Positions 1-12,288 are shown, numbered from the stretch's first letter. The stretch is DNA of 64,000 nt from Methanobacteriota archaeon (GCA_963787255.1 CAWBCJ010000025.1:1-64000); one strand, 5' to 3'. The notes: generated from the letters alone by a model not told the origin. Program-made: numbers and translations.

Positions 1-1168
1 TTTCCATTTTCTTTATATGGCTTCATTGTTTTCAAATATTCCTTAAATATCCTATCACGAAGCTGATATTTACCTCTAAATCTTTTTACAATAGTATTCT
101 TTTTTTCCATATTTCTTAACCATGATGAAGGTTCTGATTTCGAATCTAAGCCTTCTTTAATTTCATTATAAGAAAGAATATCTTCATGACTTTCTGCCAT
201 TAATCCAAGGATTTTTCTTTCTTCATTAGTTGATTTTTCATACATTCCCCTAAATTCTCTTTGAGCCAACAAATCTAATGAACGTGGGAAAGATTTTTCG
301 AATTCCTCAATCCCTATTTTACTTTCAGAAGCTTCAGCAAAACAATTGTATGCTATAACTTGCATATAATATGGTATTCCATCCGAAATATCATATATTC
401 TTTCTACAACTTCCCCAGTAACTTCAACACCTTCATATTGGGCCGGTATAATTATAGCATCCCTTAATTCATCTTTAGACAGTGGTTTAAGTTCATACGG
501 TTCAAATATCCTTACTGCAGAATCTAAATGATTTTGTATTGTGAAATATCATGAGCCCCAGTTGCTACAAACATAATATTCATACCTTTATGGTTAAGTT
601 CAACTAGTGCATTCTGCAATATACTTAAAACCTTAGTAGGACCATTATCCGAAATAATTCTTTGAGGATCATCAAATAAAAGAACCAAAACAGGATCTTC
701 CCCTTCTAATTCTCCATAAATAGTCTTCAGTATCTTTTCAAGAGCCACCGAAGGGCTTGTTGTAGGTGTTTGTTTTGATACGGTCATTCCACCTACTAAT
801 GGAATATTAACACCTAATGATGTAATTTTATCCCAAAAATGACTTACTTTAATTCCAAGAGCATCAGAACATTTATCAACAATTAAACTATAAATATCAT
901 CAAAGTTGCCTTCTGTAAGTGAAATACGTACTGGATAAACATCTTTTGTATCTTTTAGCTCTCCTTCAAATTTCATTAGCAAGCAAGTTTTACCAATACC
1001 TTTAGGTCCATAGATAATTATATGTCCTGCTGCTCCTGCCCTCGTAGATTCATAAATTTCTCTTAATTCATTAAGTTCATCTTCTCTACCTGTAAAATAC
1101 GAAGGAAAAATACCTGTTCTCTTTCTAAAGGGGTTCATTATTTTCACCATAAATTTCATAACAAACAT
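1..1168 (-). CDS. Archaeal AAA/ATPase_2-type P-loop ATPase; frameshifted near 530 and running off the window edge
   Basis: NPF...FTGREDEL N-terminus, Walker A GPKGIGKT, Walker B LVLLFDD; another frame continues below 524 (DSAVRIFEPYELKPL...SDGIPYYMQ). Confidence 0.75.
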
Positions 1169-1436
1169 AAAAATTTTTTATGATACTTATGTTTTTTATG
1201 AATCAATTATTAATGTCTAAGAAAATTAAATTACAAAAAATCAGTTACTATTATAGATTCTAAAGCATTTTACACCAGTATTTCCAATTTTGCATCGTTA
1301 ATTTTTTGCTAAATTGATTATATACATTTCACCATACACTGCTATAACAACTTAGAAACTACTCTTTTTAAACTTGTTAAGAAAATCAAAATCACAAAAA
1401 TAAATAACAAATCACATTAAATAAAATAAGGGTTTA

Positions 1437-1667
1437 ATGGCCATTTACTATTACAACACTAAATACGGCAGATTCACTTACGATACTGAGGAACAAGACC
1501 TCCAAAAAGCAATTACAACAAATTCTAAAAATAAATTAGTTAAAAAAAAATGCTTGCATCAAGCTTTAACAAAGGTAGTTTCATTGCAAATGACAGAAAA
1601 TTATATGATGTGGAGAAAGAGCCTGAATTATTCTTTATGGAAGGAATTCCCCACATACTCAAATTAA
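1437..1667 (+). CDS. Hypothetical protein, probably frameshifted
   Basis: 76-aa ORF with upstream aagggt; contains an A10 homopolymer run. Confidence 0.3.
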   Translation: MAIYYYNTKYGRFTYDTEEQDLQKAITTNSKNKLVKKKCLHQALTKVVSLQMTENYMMWRKSLNYSLWKEFPTYSN

Positions 1668-1780
1668 GAGTTCAAATAAAAGAATTAAAAGAAATAATTA
1701 AAAATAAATAATTATAATACTATTTTTTTATTCACTTCTCTACGAAGGTCTATCCGACTTTTCGTATATACCATATATTT

Positions 1781-2025
1781 TGTATATACCGTATATACAG
1801 AATTCAAGTTTCAATTGCGTGAGAATGTGCTTTTTTAATTATTTAATTAATGAATCGGATAATTAATAATAGAATTATAGGATATTGTTTAATACTTTAT
1901 AGGCTTTTTTTATATCTAAATGTGTAAATTATGTTACAAATCTCAAGGCTTTTATACTGTATATACCGATTCTATCTTTCACCTGCAGGAGACTGTGCTT
2001 TTTTTAATTATGTAACTGTTAATTA
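1781..2025. repeat. Imperfect ~70-bp direct repeat pair with a palindrome
   Basis: tgtatataccg...tttca..tgc..gaga.tgtgctttttt(t)aattat at ~1781-1845 and ~1957-2015; tgtatatac-c-gtatataca palindrome at 1781-1799. Confidence 0.55.
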
Positions 2026-2149
2026 ATGGAAAATGATATAAACATTTAAATTAATATTTATTCCGTCTTGCTTTCTATTAATACTAATATTAAATTAATT
2101 ATATCAAAAATAGCCCTTAAAGTCTACACCTTGATATTATAATATTCTC

Positions 2150-2209
2150 CATGAGTTATATGGGCTTACAGATGATGAAATAGGGATTATTGATGATAGT
2201 TTAAGTTAA
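2150..2209 (+). pseudogene. C-terminal relic of a type IIG/Eco57I-like restriction-modification gene
   Basis: Reads HELYGLTDDEIGIIDDSLS*, resembling the typical (V)YELYGLTEEEI C-terminus; lies immediately upstream of the Mrr fragment. Confidence 0.55.
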
Positions 2210-2220
2210 GATGTGATATG

Positions 2221-2312
2221 ATGGGTATTCCAGATTTTCAAAGTATAAATCTACCTTTATTGAAATTTGCATCAGATAAAAAAGAGCATTCTGTAAGGGA
2301 ATCTATAGAAGA
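2221..2312 (+). pseudogene. mrr: Mrr restriction protein N-terminal fragment (truncated)
   Basis: MGIPDFQSINLPLLKFASDKKEHSVRESIE matches the Mrr_N start; similarity ends just before the GC-rich segment. Confidence 0.7.
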
Positions 2313-2398
2313 ACGTGCATATAAATTTCTCCACCAACCATTTTGGGCTTTAAAAAGTGAGCTCTGGAAGCTGCCCCCGCAAAGAGGGACAGTATGCG

Positions 2399-2893
2399 CT
2401 ATTCGTCCGGTTCTCGAGAGAGATTCACATCCTGTGTTCGGGTCTCGGCATAGACTCGTGGTCCGTAAAGCATGTATCCGATGCCCACGAAGATCAGAAT
2501 GTACTCTCCGAGGGTAACGGCAGGTGGAGGGGGTACCGTGAAGAATACCAGTGCCTGGTCGGCGGGTGCGGTTAGGAAAAGGAGAGTTGCGTCGATTACC
2601 GCCAAGACGCCGGCGAGCCTCGCTCTTCGTAGCCACAGTGAAACCAGCCCGGCAAGTGGAAGCAACAATCCCACGGTTATGAAGAACCCTGCAAATGCCA
2701 GGGTCCGTAGTTCCGGCATACGAGTTTCGACTCCCAATGGAGTTAACAGAAAGCCCAAAATGAAGCCAAACCCAAACAAGACTGCTAATATTCTTTCTGC
2801 ACTCTTTAGGGGCGTGCGAGCACCGTGATTTTCCCGTTCGCCTTGTCCGCGCAGGGGCTGGGTTTTTGTTGATTTAGAATTGTTTTTTTTCAT
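2399..2893 (-). CDS. Membrane protein (~4 TM), GC-rich, probably horizontally acquired
   Basis: 164-aa ORF with hydrophobic helices and upstream gaggt RBS; line 2581-2640 is 38/60 G+C. Confidence 0.65.
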   Translation of the reverse strand: MKKNNSKSTKTQPLRGQGERENHGARTPLKSAERILAVLFGFGFILGFLLTPLGVETRMPELRTLAFAGFFITVGLLLPLAGLVSLWLRRARLAGVLAVIDATLLFLTAPADQALVFFTVPPPPAVTLGEYILIFVGIGYMLYGPRVYAETRTQDVNLSREPDE

Positions 2894-2970
2894 AAATTAC
2901 CTCTTAAATATTTTCCTATTTTGTATTAATATAATCTTAGAAATTAATAAATTTACCGATTTAAAGATTT

Positions 2971-3198
2971 TTACCATGAATGGAGTCTAACATCATTGAA
3001 ACTGTACAAGGGGACGTTTTTATAAGTGTAAAATTCTGCGGTCAAACATGGAGTGAGGAAATAGCATAGAATGATCACAATGGAGGACCATGATATTTTA
3101 GTTAAATCTGCAAAAATAGCCAGTATTCCTTCTGCAATATTATAGATAATAGTGAAATAGGATAATTTCAGCGCTCTTTTAGTGAGCTTAGCGTTCAT
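2971..3198 (-). pseudogene. Truncated cation-efflux (CDF-like) transporter N-terminus
   Basis: KRALKLSYFTIIYNIAEGILAIFA is a typical CDF-like start; similarity is lost after ~30 aa; ggag RBS. Confidence 0.55.
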
Positions 3199-3345
3199 AT
3201 AACTCCTTTAGATAATTATATTCAATTATTTCATTAAATTTATATTTTAATTATATTTACTAAGTCTAATATCTATTTTTTTAGCCTTCAGCCCCTCCAA
3301 ATATTGTTGGTTAGTGCTATTTTTCAAAAAAAAGTTACATTTGTA

Positions 3346-3942
3346 TTAGAATGTCTGGATTAAAATAGAAATTCCAATGAAAATTAGTACAAACGGCAGG
3401 ATTAAATGACCATATTTACGAATTCTTCCACCTAATCTACGGTTGTTTACTAATCTGTAGCTAATAAAGCACCATACTCCCACCATTATTAAAAAGATGA
3501 AAATTACAAAATACAGTTGATAAATGTTTAAAGTAGCAAAAAGAGGAGCGTAAACACCTATATTGTCTCCACCATTAACAAAAGACACAATTGCAACCGA
3601 AAGTATGGATGAATTTATAAATCTTGAACGAAAACATTTTATTTCTTTTTTATCGCTTGAATCATCACTTTCAGTTGGTTTTCTTAATTCTATCAGGTTT
3701 TTAAGACCTATAATTATGGGGAAAATACCCAATAAACCTATCCACGCTGCAGGTATAATAAATTTGAAAAAATAACCCAAAGTACTGATTAGAATTAAAG
3801 AAGAAATTCCAATATATTGACCTATGATGATCTGGGTACTTTTATAATCAGGATGTGCGAAAAATATCATTAAAACAAAAATATCATCTAAATTAGTGGC
3901 TATAAAACTCACAATGGCTAAAAAAAATAGTGTAGATTCCAT
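3346..3942 (-). CDS. cadD: Cadmium resistance transporter (CadD family)
   Basis: FIATNLDD, GQYIG, NGGDNIGVYAP motifs. Confidence 0.85.
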   Translation of the reverse strand: MESTLFFLAIVSFIATNLDDIFVLMIFFAHPDYKSTQIIIGQYIGISSLILISTLGYFFKFIIPAAWIGLLGIFPIIIGLKNLIELRKPTESDDSSDKKEIKCFRSRFINSSILSVAIVSFVNGGDNIGVYAPLFATLNIYQLYFVIFIFLIMVGVWCFISYRLVNNRRLGGRIRKYGHLILPFVLIFIGISILIQTF

Positions 3943-4302
3943 AATTCAACTTTGACTTATATAACTATCTCTACATATAAATGTTCTAATTTTATACCCA
4001 AAACTCAATAAATTCATAAATTTTTAATATCTTGCCAATTTTAAATAATTACCATTATAACGACCTTTTGGCTAAATATAGTCGAGTTTAACCCGCAGCA
4101 GCTGCAAGTGATGACAATTACAAGATCGGAACTCGATGGTGCCAAACTGGTAAGGTAGAAAGCTTTAATGATCCATGGCTCATGTTGGATGATGGAGAAT
4201 TCTGAGGTGAAATAATGGGAGATGAAATAATAAAACAATTATTTATGCATTAAATTATGTATTAAAGTTAATTTACTGCGTTATAAGAATATAGGAAGTA
4301 AA

Positions 4303-4638
4303 TCAATGATCATATGAATCTTTATGTTCATTTTCCATTTTAAGTTCTTCATTTATTCTGTTTAATTCATCTTGGATTTGTTTAATATGTGTTTTTTCCA
4401 TTTCAATATTCTTTTTAATTACATTATATCTTTCTTTATCTTTTTCAGGATCAATATTTTCTATTTGGCTTTTCCAGTATCCCATTTGTTTTTTTACTGC
4501 ATCCAAATATTCCATTTCAACTCTTTTCCTGTCTTTAATGGTTCTAATTATATTAATACGAGTTTTATTCAATTGTTCTATGATTTTTTTCTGCTTGTTG
4601 CTTTCTTCCATTATTTTTTTATAATCTTTTTGAGGCAT
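4303..4638 (-). CDS. Hypothetical coiled-coil protein
   Basis: 111-aa K/E-rich heptad ORF, divergent from cheBR. Confidence 0.6.
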   Translation of the reverse strand: MPQKDYKKIMEESNKQKKIIEQLNKTRINIIRTIKDRKRVEMEYLDAVKKQMGYWKSQIENIDPEKDKERYNVIKKNIEMEKTHIKQIQDELNRINEELKMENEHKDSYDH

Positions 4639-4940
4639 GAGTATATTTTTTGTTTTAATAATTATAAAAAAATTGTTAATATAATTTTGATGGTTAAATT
4701 TAGTAATTCAAATGGGGGTTCAGTTCTGATTAATTCTCATCTTTCATTTTTCAACTAATTTTATTAAAAAACAGTTATATCTTGTCTAGATAGTTTAAAC
4801 TTTGTTTGTAACTCTATTTTTTTTACTTAGATATCATTATTAATTAGTTGAAGTATAATATAACAATAAATCAATTAGACTTCAAATAATTTTCAATTTA
4901 CTAAAAATAATGTTAAAATTAAGCTTAAAGGGGAATTAAA

Positions 4941-7885
4941 ATGGAAAATCAGAATAAAACTCTAAATAAATCAAAAGTCAATCCAAAAGAAAAAGGAAAA
5001 TTTCCCATAGTAGGTATTGGTTCATCTGCAGGTGGACTGGAAGCTTTAAAGGATTTATTTAGTAATATGCCCTCTGATACGGGTATGGGATTTGTTTTGA
5101 TTCAACATCTGGATCCCACACATAAAAGCACTATGGCAGAATTAATTGCAAGATATACTGATATGGAAGTTCTTGAAATTCAAGATAATATGCCAGTTAA
5201 ACCAAATAAAGTGTATGTCATTCCCCCAAATAAGGACATAGGAATTATAGATGGTGTATTAAGCCTTATTAAGCCTTTAGAACCTCATGGTTTTAGAAGA
5301 CCAATTGATTTATTCTTTCAAGCTTTAGCAGAGGATCAAGAAGAAAATGCCATTGGAATAATTCTTTCAGGATTCGGATCAGATGGAACCAAGGGCTTAT
5401 CAGCCATTAAAAGCAGTGGAGGAATGGTTATGGTTCAAGATCCAACTTCTGCAACCTCAGATGGCATGCCTAACAGTGCCATAGCCACTGATCTTGTAGA
5501 TTATATAGCTCCCCCTGAAAAAATACCTGAATATTTAATCTCATATGTCCAGCGCGTGGATAAAAAGCCTCCTATTAAATTAATTGGTCAAGATGAAGAA
5601 ACATTAGAGTTCAAGGCAGAAAATACTTATTCTAGTTAAAAACCGTACGGGGCATGATTTTTCACTTTATAAAGAAAGTACAATAAACAGGAGAATGGGA
5701 AGACGAATGGCTGTTCTCCAACTGGAGAATCTATCTGATTATCTTGAGTATATACAAAAAAATCCTCATGAAGCAAACGTGCTCTTTAAAGAATTTTTAA
5801 TCAATGTTACAAGCTTTTTTAGAGATCCTGGAGCTTTTGAATCTTTTAAAAAGAACATAATATCGAAAATATTAGAAAAGAAGGTTAATGGTGACACATT
5901 ACGCATATGGGTTCCAGGATGTGCTACTGGTGAAGAAATATACTCCATTGCCATAATTATCCGAGAATATATAGATAAAGCTGAAAAAATATTTGATGTT
6001 CAACTTTTCGGTACAGATATAGATAAAGATGCTATTGAAATAGCAAGAAGCGGGATTTATCCTTCCACAATATCTTCTGAACTAAGCCCAGAGCGCCTGA
6101 AGAAATTTTTCTCAAAAAAAGAGGATACTTACATAATTAATAAAAATATAAGGAAAATGGTTATATTTGCACCTCATGATCTTCTTAAAGATCCGCCTTT
6201 TATTAATATAGATATAATATCCTGCAGAAATGTTTTAATTTATATGAATAAAGATGCTCAAAAGAAATTATTATCTTCATTTAGCTACGGATTAAAACCT
6301 GAAGGCATCCTATTCCTTGGTCCTTCAGAAAGTATTGGTTCTTTTATGGATTCATTTAGAACCCTAGACAGTAAATGGAAGATTTATAAAAATATATTAA
6401 AGCATAGATTAGGCAAAGATTTAATTAAATATCCTCATGCAGAATTACAATATGGTCAAAGCGATATTGAAATTATAGAAAAAAATATGAAATCAGAGCC
6501 CCAAATGGCCCAAATGGTTGAAAAAATCATTATAGAAAATTATACACCTTCTTTAGTAGTGATCAATAAACAAGGTATGATAGTTTTTATCTACGGGAGA
6601 GTTGGGAAGTATTTGGAGCCCGCCCCGGGAACAGCAAGTCTTAATATTTTAGATATGGCCAGAGAAGGGATTAAACCTGAATTAAGCTCCGCAATACACA
6701 ATGCAGTTTCGAAAGGAGAAGAAGTTGAGTATAAAGATTTAGACGTTAAAACTAATGGAAATTTCCAATCAATAAATTTGAAGGTTAAACCTATCAGTAA
6801 ACCTGAGTCAATGAAAGGATTGTTAATGGTTATATTTGAGGATATAAAATCCCATGAAGATGTTAAAAAGCCTGAAAATATCCCTAAAACTGCTTCAAAG
6901 AAAAATGAGCGTATTATGGGAACTGGAAACTGAATTAAAATTGACCAAAAATCGTCTTCAAGTAACAATTGAACAGCTTGAAACATCTAATGAAGAACTC
7001 AAATCAGCAAATGAAGAATTACAGTCTATGAATGAAGAATTACAAAGCACAAATGAAGAACTAGAAACTTCTAAAGAGGAATTGCAGTCGCTTAATGAAG
7101 AGTTATTGACCGTGAATTCAGAACTTCAAAATAAAGTGGAAGATATGGTAGAAATCAATGATGATATGAATAATCTTCTTAACACTACTGAAATTGCAAC
7201 AATATTTGTGGATAAAGACATTAAAATAAAGCGTTTCACAAAAGAAGCAACTAAATTAATCAATTTAATACCACATGATATTGAACGTCCTTTAAAAGAC
7301 ATTGTGTCCAATATAGAATACAATAACCTAATTAAAGATACCGAAGAAGTAATTAAAAGAGTTATTTATAAAGAAAAAGAAGTGCTTACAAAAGATGGGA
7401 AATGGTACATTGCACGGATAGTGCCATATAAAACCTATGAAAACATCATAGATGGAGCAGTAATAACTTTTATAGATATTGATCAGCAGAAAAAAGCGCA
7501 AATATGGATTCAACACTCTCTTGATTATGTTGAAGCCATTATAGAAACTACACGTGAACCATTTATAGTTTTAGATGATGAGATACGGGTTATTTCGGCA
7601 AATAAGTCTTTTTATAATGAATTTAGTGTTTCAAAGAAAGATACGGAAGGAAAATTATTATACACTCTTGGAAATAATCAATGGGACATTCCAGAATTAA
7701 GAGATCTGCTTTCTAAGGTGATTTCTAAAGATCAAATATTTGAAGATTTTGTGGTTGAACATGAATTTCCACAAATAGGATACAAAAAGATGATTCTAAA
7801 TGCCCGGAAAATCCATCAAAAAGGAATAGAAAAAGAAATGATACTTCTGGCAATAGAGGATATTACTAATTCATCTCCACAATAA
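4941..7885 (+). CDS. CheB methylesterase-CheR methyltransferase fusion with coiled coil and PAS domains (frameshifts ~5610, ~6915)
   Basis: GIGSSAGGLEAL, IQHL, ILSGFGSDG (CheB); NVTSFFRD, WVPGCATGEEIYS, GTDID, CRNVLIY (CheR); NEELQSTNEEL coil; two PAS domains. Confidence 0.9.
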
Positions 7886-8062
7886 TTATAAATTATTTTA
7901 CATTTTTTGCCAAGATTATATGATTGGATTTCAATTTAGTCTAATAATAGATTTAAAATAACCTTGCACCAATTTAGATTAGTTTTGAAGTTTAAGAGTG
8001 TATTAATTTATAAATGTTAAATTAATATAAATTAGATAAATGTCTTAAAATTGATGATTTAA

Positions 8063-8169
8063 GCATTTACGTACACTCTTGCATCTACCATATCCATTTT
8101 TAGCACCTGTAATCTACTATGTGCTGCTGTATTTAATGGTTTTAGTGCTAGAGCATCTGAAAAGTAAAA
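8063..8169. repeat. Dispersed repeat copy A
   Basis: gcatttacg...tgcatct...aatctacta.gtg...gagcatctgaaaagtaaaa shared with 12779-12906 and 45825-45962. Confidence 0.75.
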
Positions 8170-8187
8170 TTTTAAAGTATAATTTTT

Positions 8188-8215
8188 TGAAAATTAAATC
8201 ATAAACTATAATTGT
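8188..8215 (+). promoter_or_regulatory. Conserved upstream motif TGAAAATyAAATCATAAA
   Basis: Near-identical motif at 13501 and 31918, each upstream of a PAS kinase. Confidence 0.55.
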
Positions 8216-8405
8216 ATGAAATTTACATATTTAATAAGAAAATTATTCAAAGATAATGATTTTCTTTGATTATAGAAGATAAAAAAAATTTGAATCAGCA
8301 AATTTGTGAAATAATACTATGATAAACCTTTTTTAATAATGAATTCCTGTTATATAATTTGTTTTATGGATTTAATCGGCCAAATATTAGGATTTTGTGC
8401 AAACC

Positions 8406-11249
8406 ATGAAAAAAACTGATAAATTACGTGAACGTGCAGAAGAAAAACTGCAAAAAACAGACAAAAAGCCTCGTATCTTTGGGAGTGAATCTGAATTGGT
8501 GCATGAGCTTCAGGTTCATCAAACTGAGCTGGAAATGCAGAATGAAGAACTCAGAAATTCTCAAATTGAATTGTCAGACCTTTACGAGGAATACCATGAA
8601 TTGTACAATGAAGCACCTGTAGGTTACTTTTCATTGGATAATAAAGGAAACGTAAGAAATGTGAATATTAAAGGTGCTGAATTACTTGGATTAGAAAAAA
8701 ACAGGATTATTGGAATGGGTTTCATCCTATTCATACCCTCAAATTACCAGACTAAATATTATACGTCCCTTAAAAATGCGGTGGTTATGCGTAAAATTCA
8801 AGAGGTTGAATTAAAGTTAAAAAGGGAAAAATCACTATTTTATGTTCAAATGGAAATCATACCAATACATGACAAGCCTGATGAAAAATATCGTATAATT
8901 ATAACAGATATTACTGAGCGTAAGAAAGCTGAAGATGAGCTTCGTGAAAATGAGTGAGAAATTACGAAGACTTTTTAGTAATCCCTGTAGGGATTTGCGA
9001 TTCTGGATAATCACGAGAAACGGAGAACATATACTTTTGTATAATCCTACTTTAGAAAAGATTTGGAAATGTTACAGCGGACTTAATGAAGAGGAAAACA
9101 TGTTAAAAGGAAATATATAAGGTCTGAACCGGACAGAAATGCCTTTTAATGAACTTCCCACCGTTAAAACTTTATGGCAAAAGTAGCTTAAAACTGGTGA
9201 AATTGGCAATTTTAAAGAATATACATACCTTACTTTAGACAAATGTAATGAATTACTGCATTTATCTCCAGGAAAGGAAGATTTATAGCAATTTTTACTG
9301 ATATAACCCAGCGCAAACAGGCAGAAATCGCGTTAAGGGAAAGTGAAGAGAGATATCATAGTTTATTTGAAAATAATCATGCTGCGATGCTGCTTATTGA
9401 TCCAGAAACTGGAAAAATTGTTGATTCAAATCCTGCTGCCTCTTCTTTTTATGGTTACAGCAAAGAAGAATTAAAAAGAATGAAAATCACAGAAATAAAT
9501 ACCTTAGATGAAAAGCAAACATTTTTTGAGATGCAAAAAGCAGAAACAGAACAAAATACTCATTTTTTATTTGAACATCGTTTGGCCAATGGTGAAATTC
9601 GTGATGTGGATGTTTATAGTGGGCCTATAATTTTTAAGGGTAGAAAATTTCTTTATTCAATCATTCATGATATTACAAAACAGATACGGATAGAAAAAGA
9701 TTTGAAAGATAGTGAAGAAAAATTTAGAGCGCTATTTGAACAGAGTAATGATGCAATAGTCATCGCTGACTTTACCACAGGAAGATACCTTGAATGTAAC
9801 AAGAAAACGGAAGAATACACTGGATATTCAAAAGATGAACTTCTTTCTAAAGAATTGGGCCAAATTACCTCAGATAAACAAAGAAAAAGAGCACTGGAAC
9901 ATTTTAAATCATTATCTAATGGAGAAAATATCCAATTTGAATCGGAAATTCTGACTAAAAATAAAGAAATAATTCCAGCGGATATTAAAGCCTCAGTAAT
10001 GGAGATTCAAGGCTTAAAGTATATTCAAATCATTATTCGTGATATCAGTATACGTAAATATGCAGAAAAAATTAAGGAGAGATACAAAGATCATCTTGAA
10101 AAAACAGTTAAAGAGCGAACAATGGAACTTGAAGAGGCTTATGAATCTTTAAAGAGGAGTGAAGAGAAATATCGTGAATTAGTTGAAAATGCAAATAGTA
10201 GCATAATTAGGCTTGATAAAAAAGGTATTATTACCTTTTTTAATGAATTTGCAGAGAAATTTTTTGGTTTCAGTAAAGAGGAAATATTAGGGAAAAATGC
10301 TGTTGGTACAATAGTTCCTAAAATTGAGTCTTCTGGACGTGACACTCAAAAAATTATTAATAATATTTTAATAGAGCCAAGATCATACAGTCATGTTGAA
10401 AATGAGAATATAACGAAGGATGGTAAGATAGTTTGGGTTTCATGGGCAAATAAAGGAATTTATAATGAAAAAAGTGAACCTGTAGGCGTTTTATCTGTAG
10501 GCACTGATATTACTGAACGTAAAAAAGCTGAAGAGAAATTAAAAGAAACAGTAGAAGAGCTTGAACGTTCTAATGAGGAGTTGCAGCGTTTTACTTTTAT
10601 TACCAGCCATGATTTACAAGAGCCAATACGTACTATTGTCAGTTTTACTCAACTTTTACAACGGCGTTATGAAGGTCGCTTTGATAGTGATGCTGATGAG
10701 TTTATGGATTTTGTTGTAGATGCTTCAATTAGAATGAAAGATATGATTCAGGGATTACTTGGAATATTCAAGTGTAAGAACTCAGGGAGAGGAATTTAGA
10801 GTTTTTAACGCTGAAGAAGCCCTTAAAAAAGCTTTAGATAATTTAAAATTATCTATTGATGAATGTGAAGCAGAAATTACCCATGATAATCTTCCAGAAT
10901 TCATGCTAACGAAAATCAAATAACAAGAGTATTCCAAAATTTAATTAGCAACGCTCTTAAATTCTAAAAAGGAGGATGAACCTCAAGAATACATATTTCA
11001 GCGACAGAAAGGAAAAATAATGAATGGATTTTCTCTGTTGAAGATAATGGAATAGGAATGGAAACACAATACACTCATAAAATATTTGAAGTATTCCGGC
11101 GCTTACACACCATTGATGAATACAAAGGCACAGGAATTGGATTTGCAATCGTTGAAAGAATTATAATCAGTCATGGTGGACGTATTTGGGTTGAGTCAGA
11201 TTTTGGTGTTGGTTCTACTTTTTATTTTACAATTCCTACGGGGGATTGA
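8406..11249 (+). CDS. Multi-PAS sensor histidine kinase (several frameshifts)
   Basis: ELQVHQTELEMQNEEL coil, ~5 PAS/PAC modules ending DIT, H-box [11 protein letters not shown]2 GTGIG, end GSTFYFTIP. Confidence 0.85.
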
Positions 11250-11339
11250 TTAATTTCTTTTTTTTTGGGATAGAGAATAAAGTTCACACTTTTATGTATT
11301 TATATTCATTGTGTACAATATAGCATAAAGTGTGTTATT

Positions 11340-11762
11340 ATGGAAAATGTTGCACAAACTATCAATATCCTGTTAATGGAAGATAAATCAACTACAAGTG
11401 TTGTCGATTTATTTAAAAAAGAAAATAATGTCTATTTACATCTTTTTGATAATTTAGATGATGTCTTGGATGGTTTAAATCTTTGCAGTGGCCGTTCTAA
11501 GGATTCTATGCATTTTATTCTATTTTTTAATTTGAAACAAGTTAAAGAAGATGTTAAACAGTTTATTTCTATGGTTAAAGATGATCCGGTGCTTAAATCA
11601 ACTCCAGTTTTTATTTTATCTGAATCCGAGGATACAGATGTTAAGGGTTTGTATAAGAGTCATCTTACTAACTATATTTTTAAACCGAAAGATTTAAATG
11701 ATTTGAGTCGTGTTTTGGATTCTTTTAAGACTTTTTGGTTTAATTTAACTGAACTACCTTAA
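11340..11762 (+). CDS. Atypical single-domain receiver (pseudo-receiver)
   Basis: ILLMED, TPVFILS, YIFKP, C-terminal FW; the phospho-acceptor strand reads FILFFNL instead of LILLDLNL. Confidence 0.75.
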   Translation: MENVAQTINILLMEDKSTTSVVDLFKKENNVYLHLFDNLDDVLDGLNLCSGRSKDSMHFILFFNLKQVKEDVKQFISMVKDDPVLKSTPVFILSESEDTDVKGLYKSHLTNYIFKPKDLNDLSRVLDSFKTFWFNLTELP

Positions 11763-11855
11763 ATTCTTTTTAATAGTATTATATTCTTTTATAAATTGTA
11801 TAATTTTCCTTAATTTAAGATAAATTCGAATTAATTTAGGAGGGAATTATTAAAA

Positions 11856-12035
11856 ATGAATGATAATCAAGTGTCTTTAAGTTTATTAGAAGCTGCATAT
11901 AAGTGTAAACCCGCAGATTTAAAAGTTCTATTAGAAAAAATTGAATTGGCAATTAAAAATAGTGATTCATCGGATAATGTTCTTTTTAGGGCTAAAACAG
12001 TTGTAACCAGCAAATTAGCATGCCACAATAAATAG
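11856..12035 (+). CDS. Small 59-aa helical protein, paralog of 62853-63071 (not in ORF track)
   Basis: aggaggg RBS; MNDNQVSLSLLEAAYKCKPADLKVLLEKIELAIKNSDSSDNVLFRAKTVVTSKLACHNK. Confidence 0.8.
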   Translation: MNDNQVSLSLLEAAYKCKPADLKVLLEKIELAIKNSDSSDNVLFRAKTVVTSKLACHNK

Positions 12036-12288
12036 AAGAAAAAATTTGGGTTATAGTTTCATTTTTTAGTAAAAATAGTTTAACAAGAGGGCCGTGGGGA
12101 TATGATCCCCCAAGGCAGAACGTTTTTGGTATAATGTTATACTTATTCTAGTTATTTTATTACTTTTTTAATATTTAAATTTTTACAAATAATTTTAATA
12201 AATTTGTACCCATAGAATAGTTTTCACACGCTCTCCATTCAACTGCTCCAAAAAAAATGGATATTGAGGTTAAAAAAAACCTCTTAAT

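Noticed and set aside
2238-2828. Overlapping ORFs 2238-2636, 2357-2575, 2472-2828 and the 3' part of 2218-2517
   Set aside because: Shadow frames of the GC-rich membrane gene 2399-2893
3005-3024. 13-bp match (tacaaggggacgt) to the reverse complement of dispersed repeat copy C
   Set aside because: No flanking similarity; could be chance
4070-4215. Possible PAS relic (IVEFNP..MTITRSELDG) and ORF 4041-4238
   Set aside because: Similarity too short and frame-broken to support; the minus-strand ORF lacks coding features
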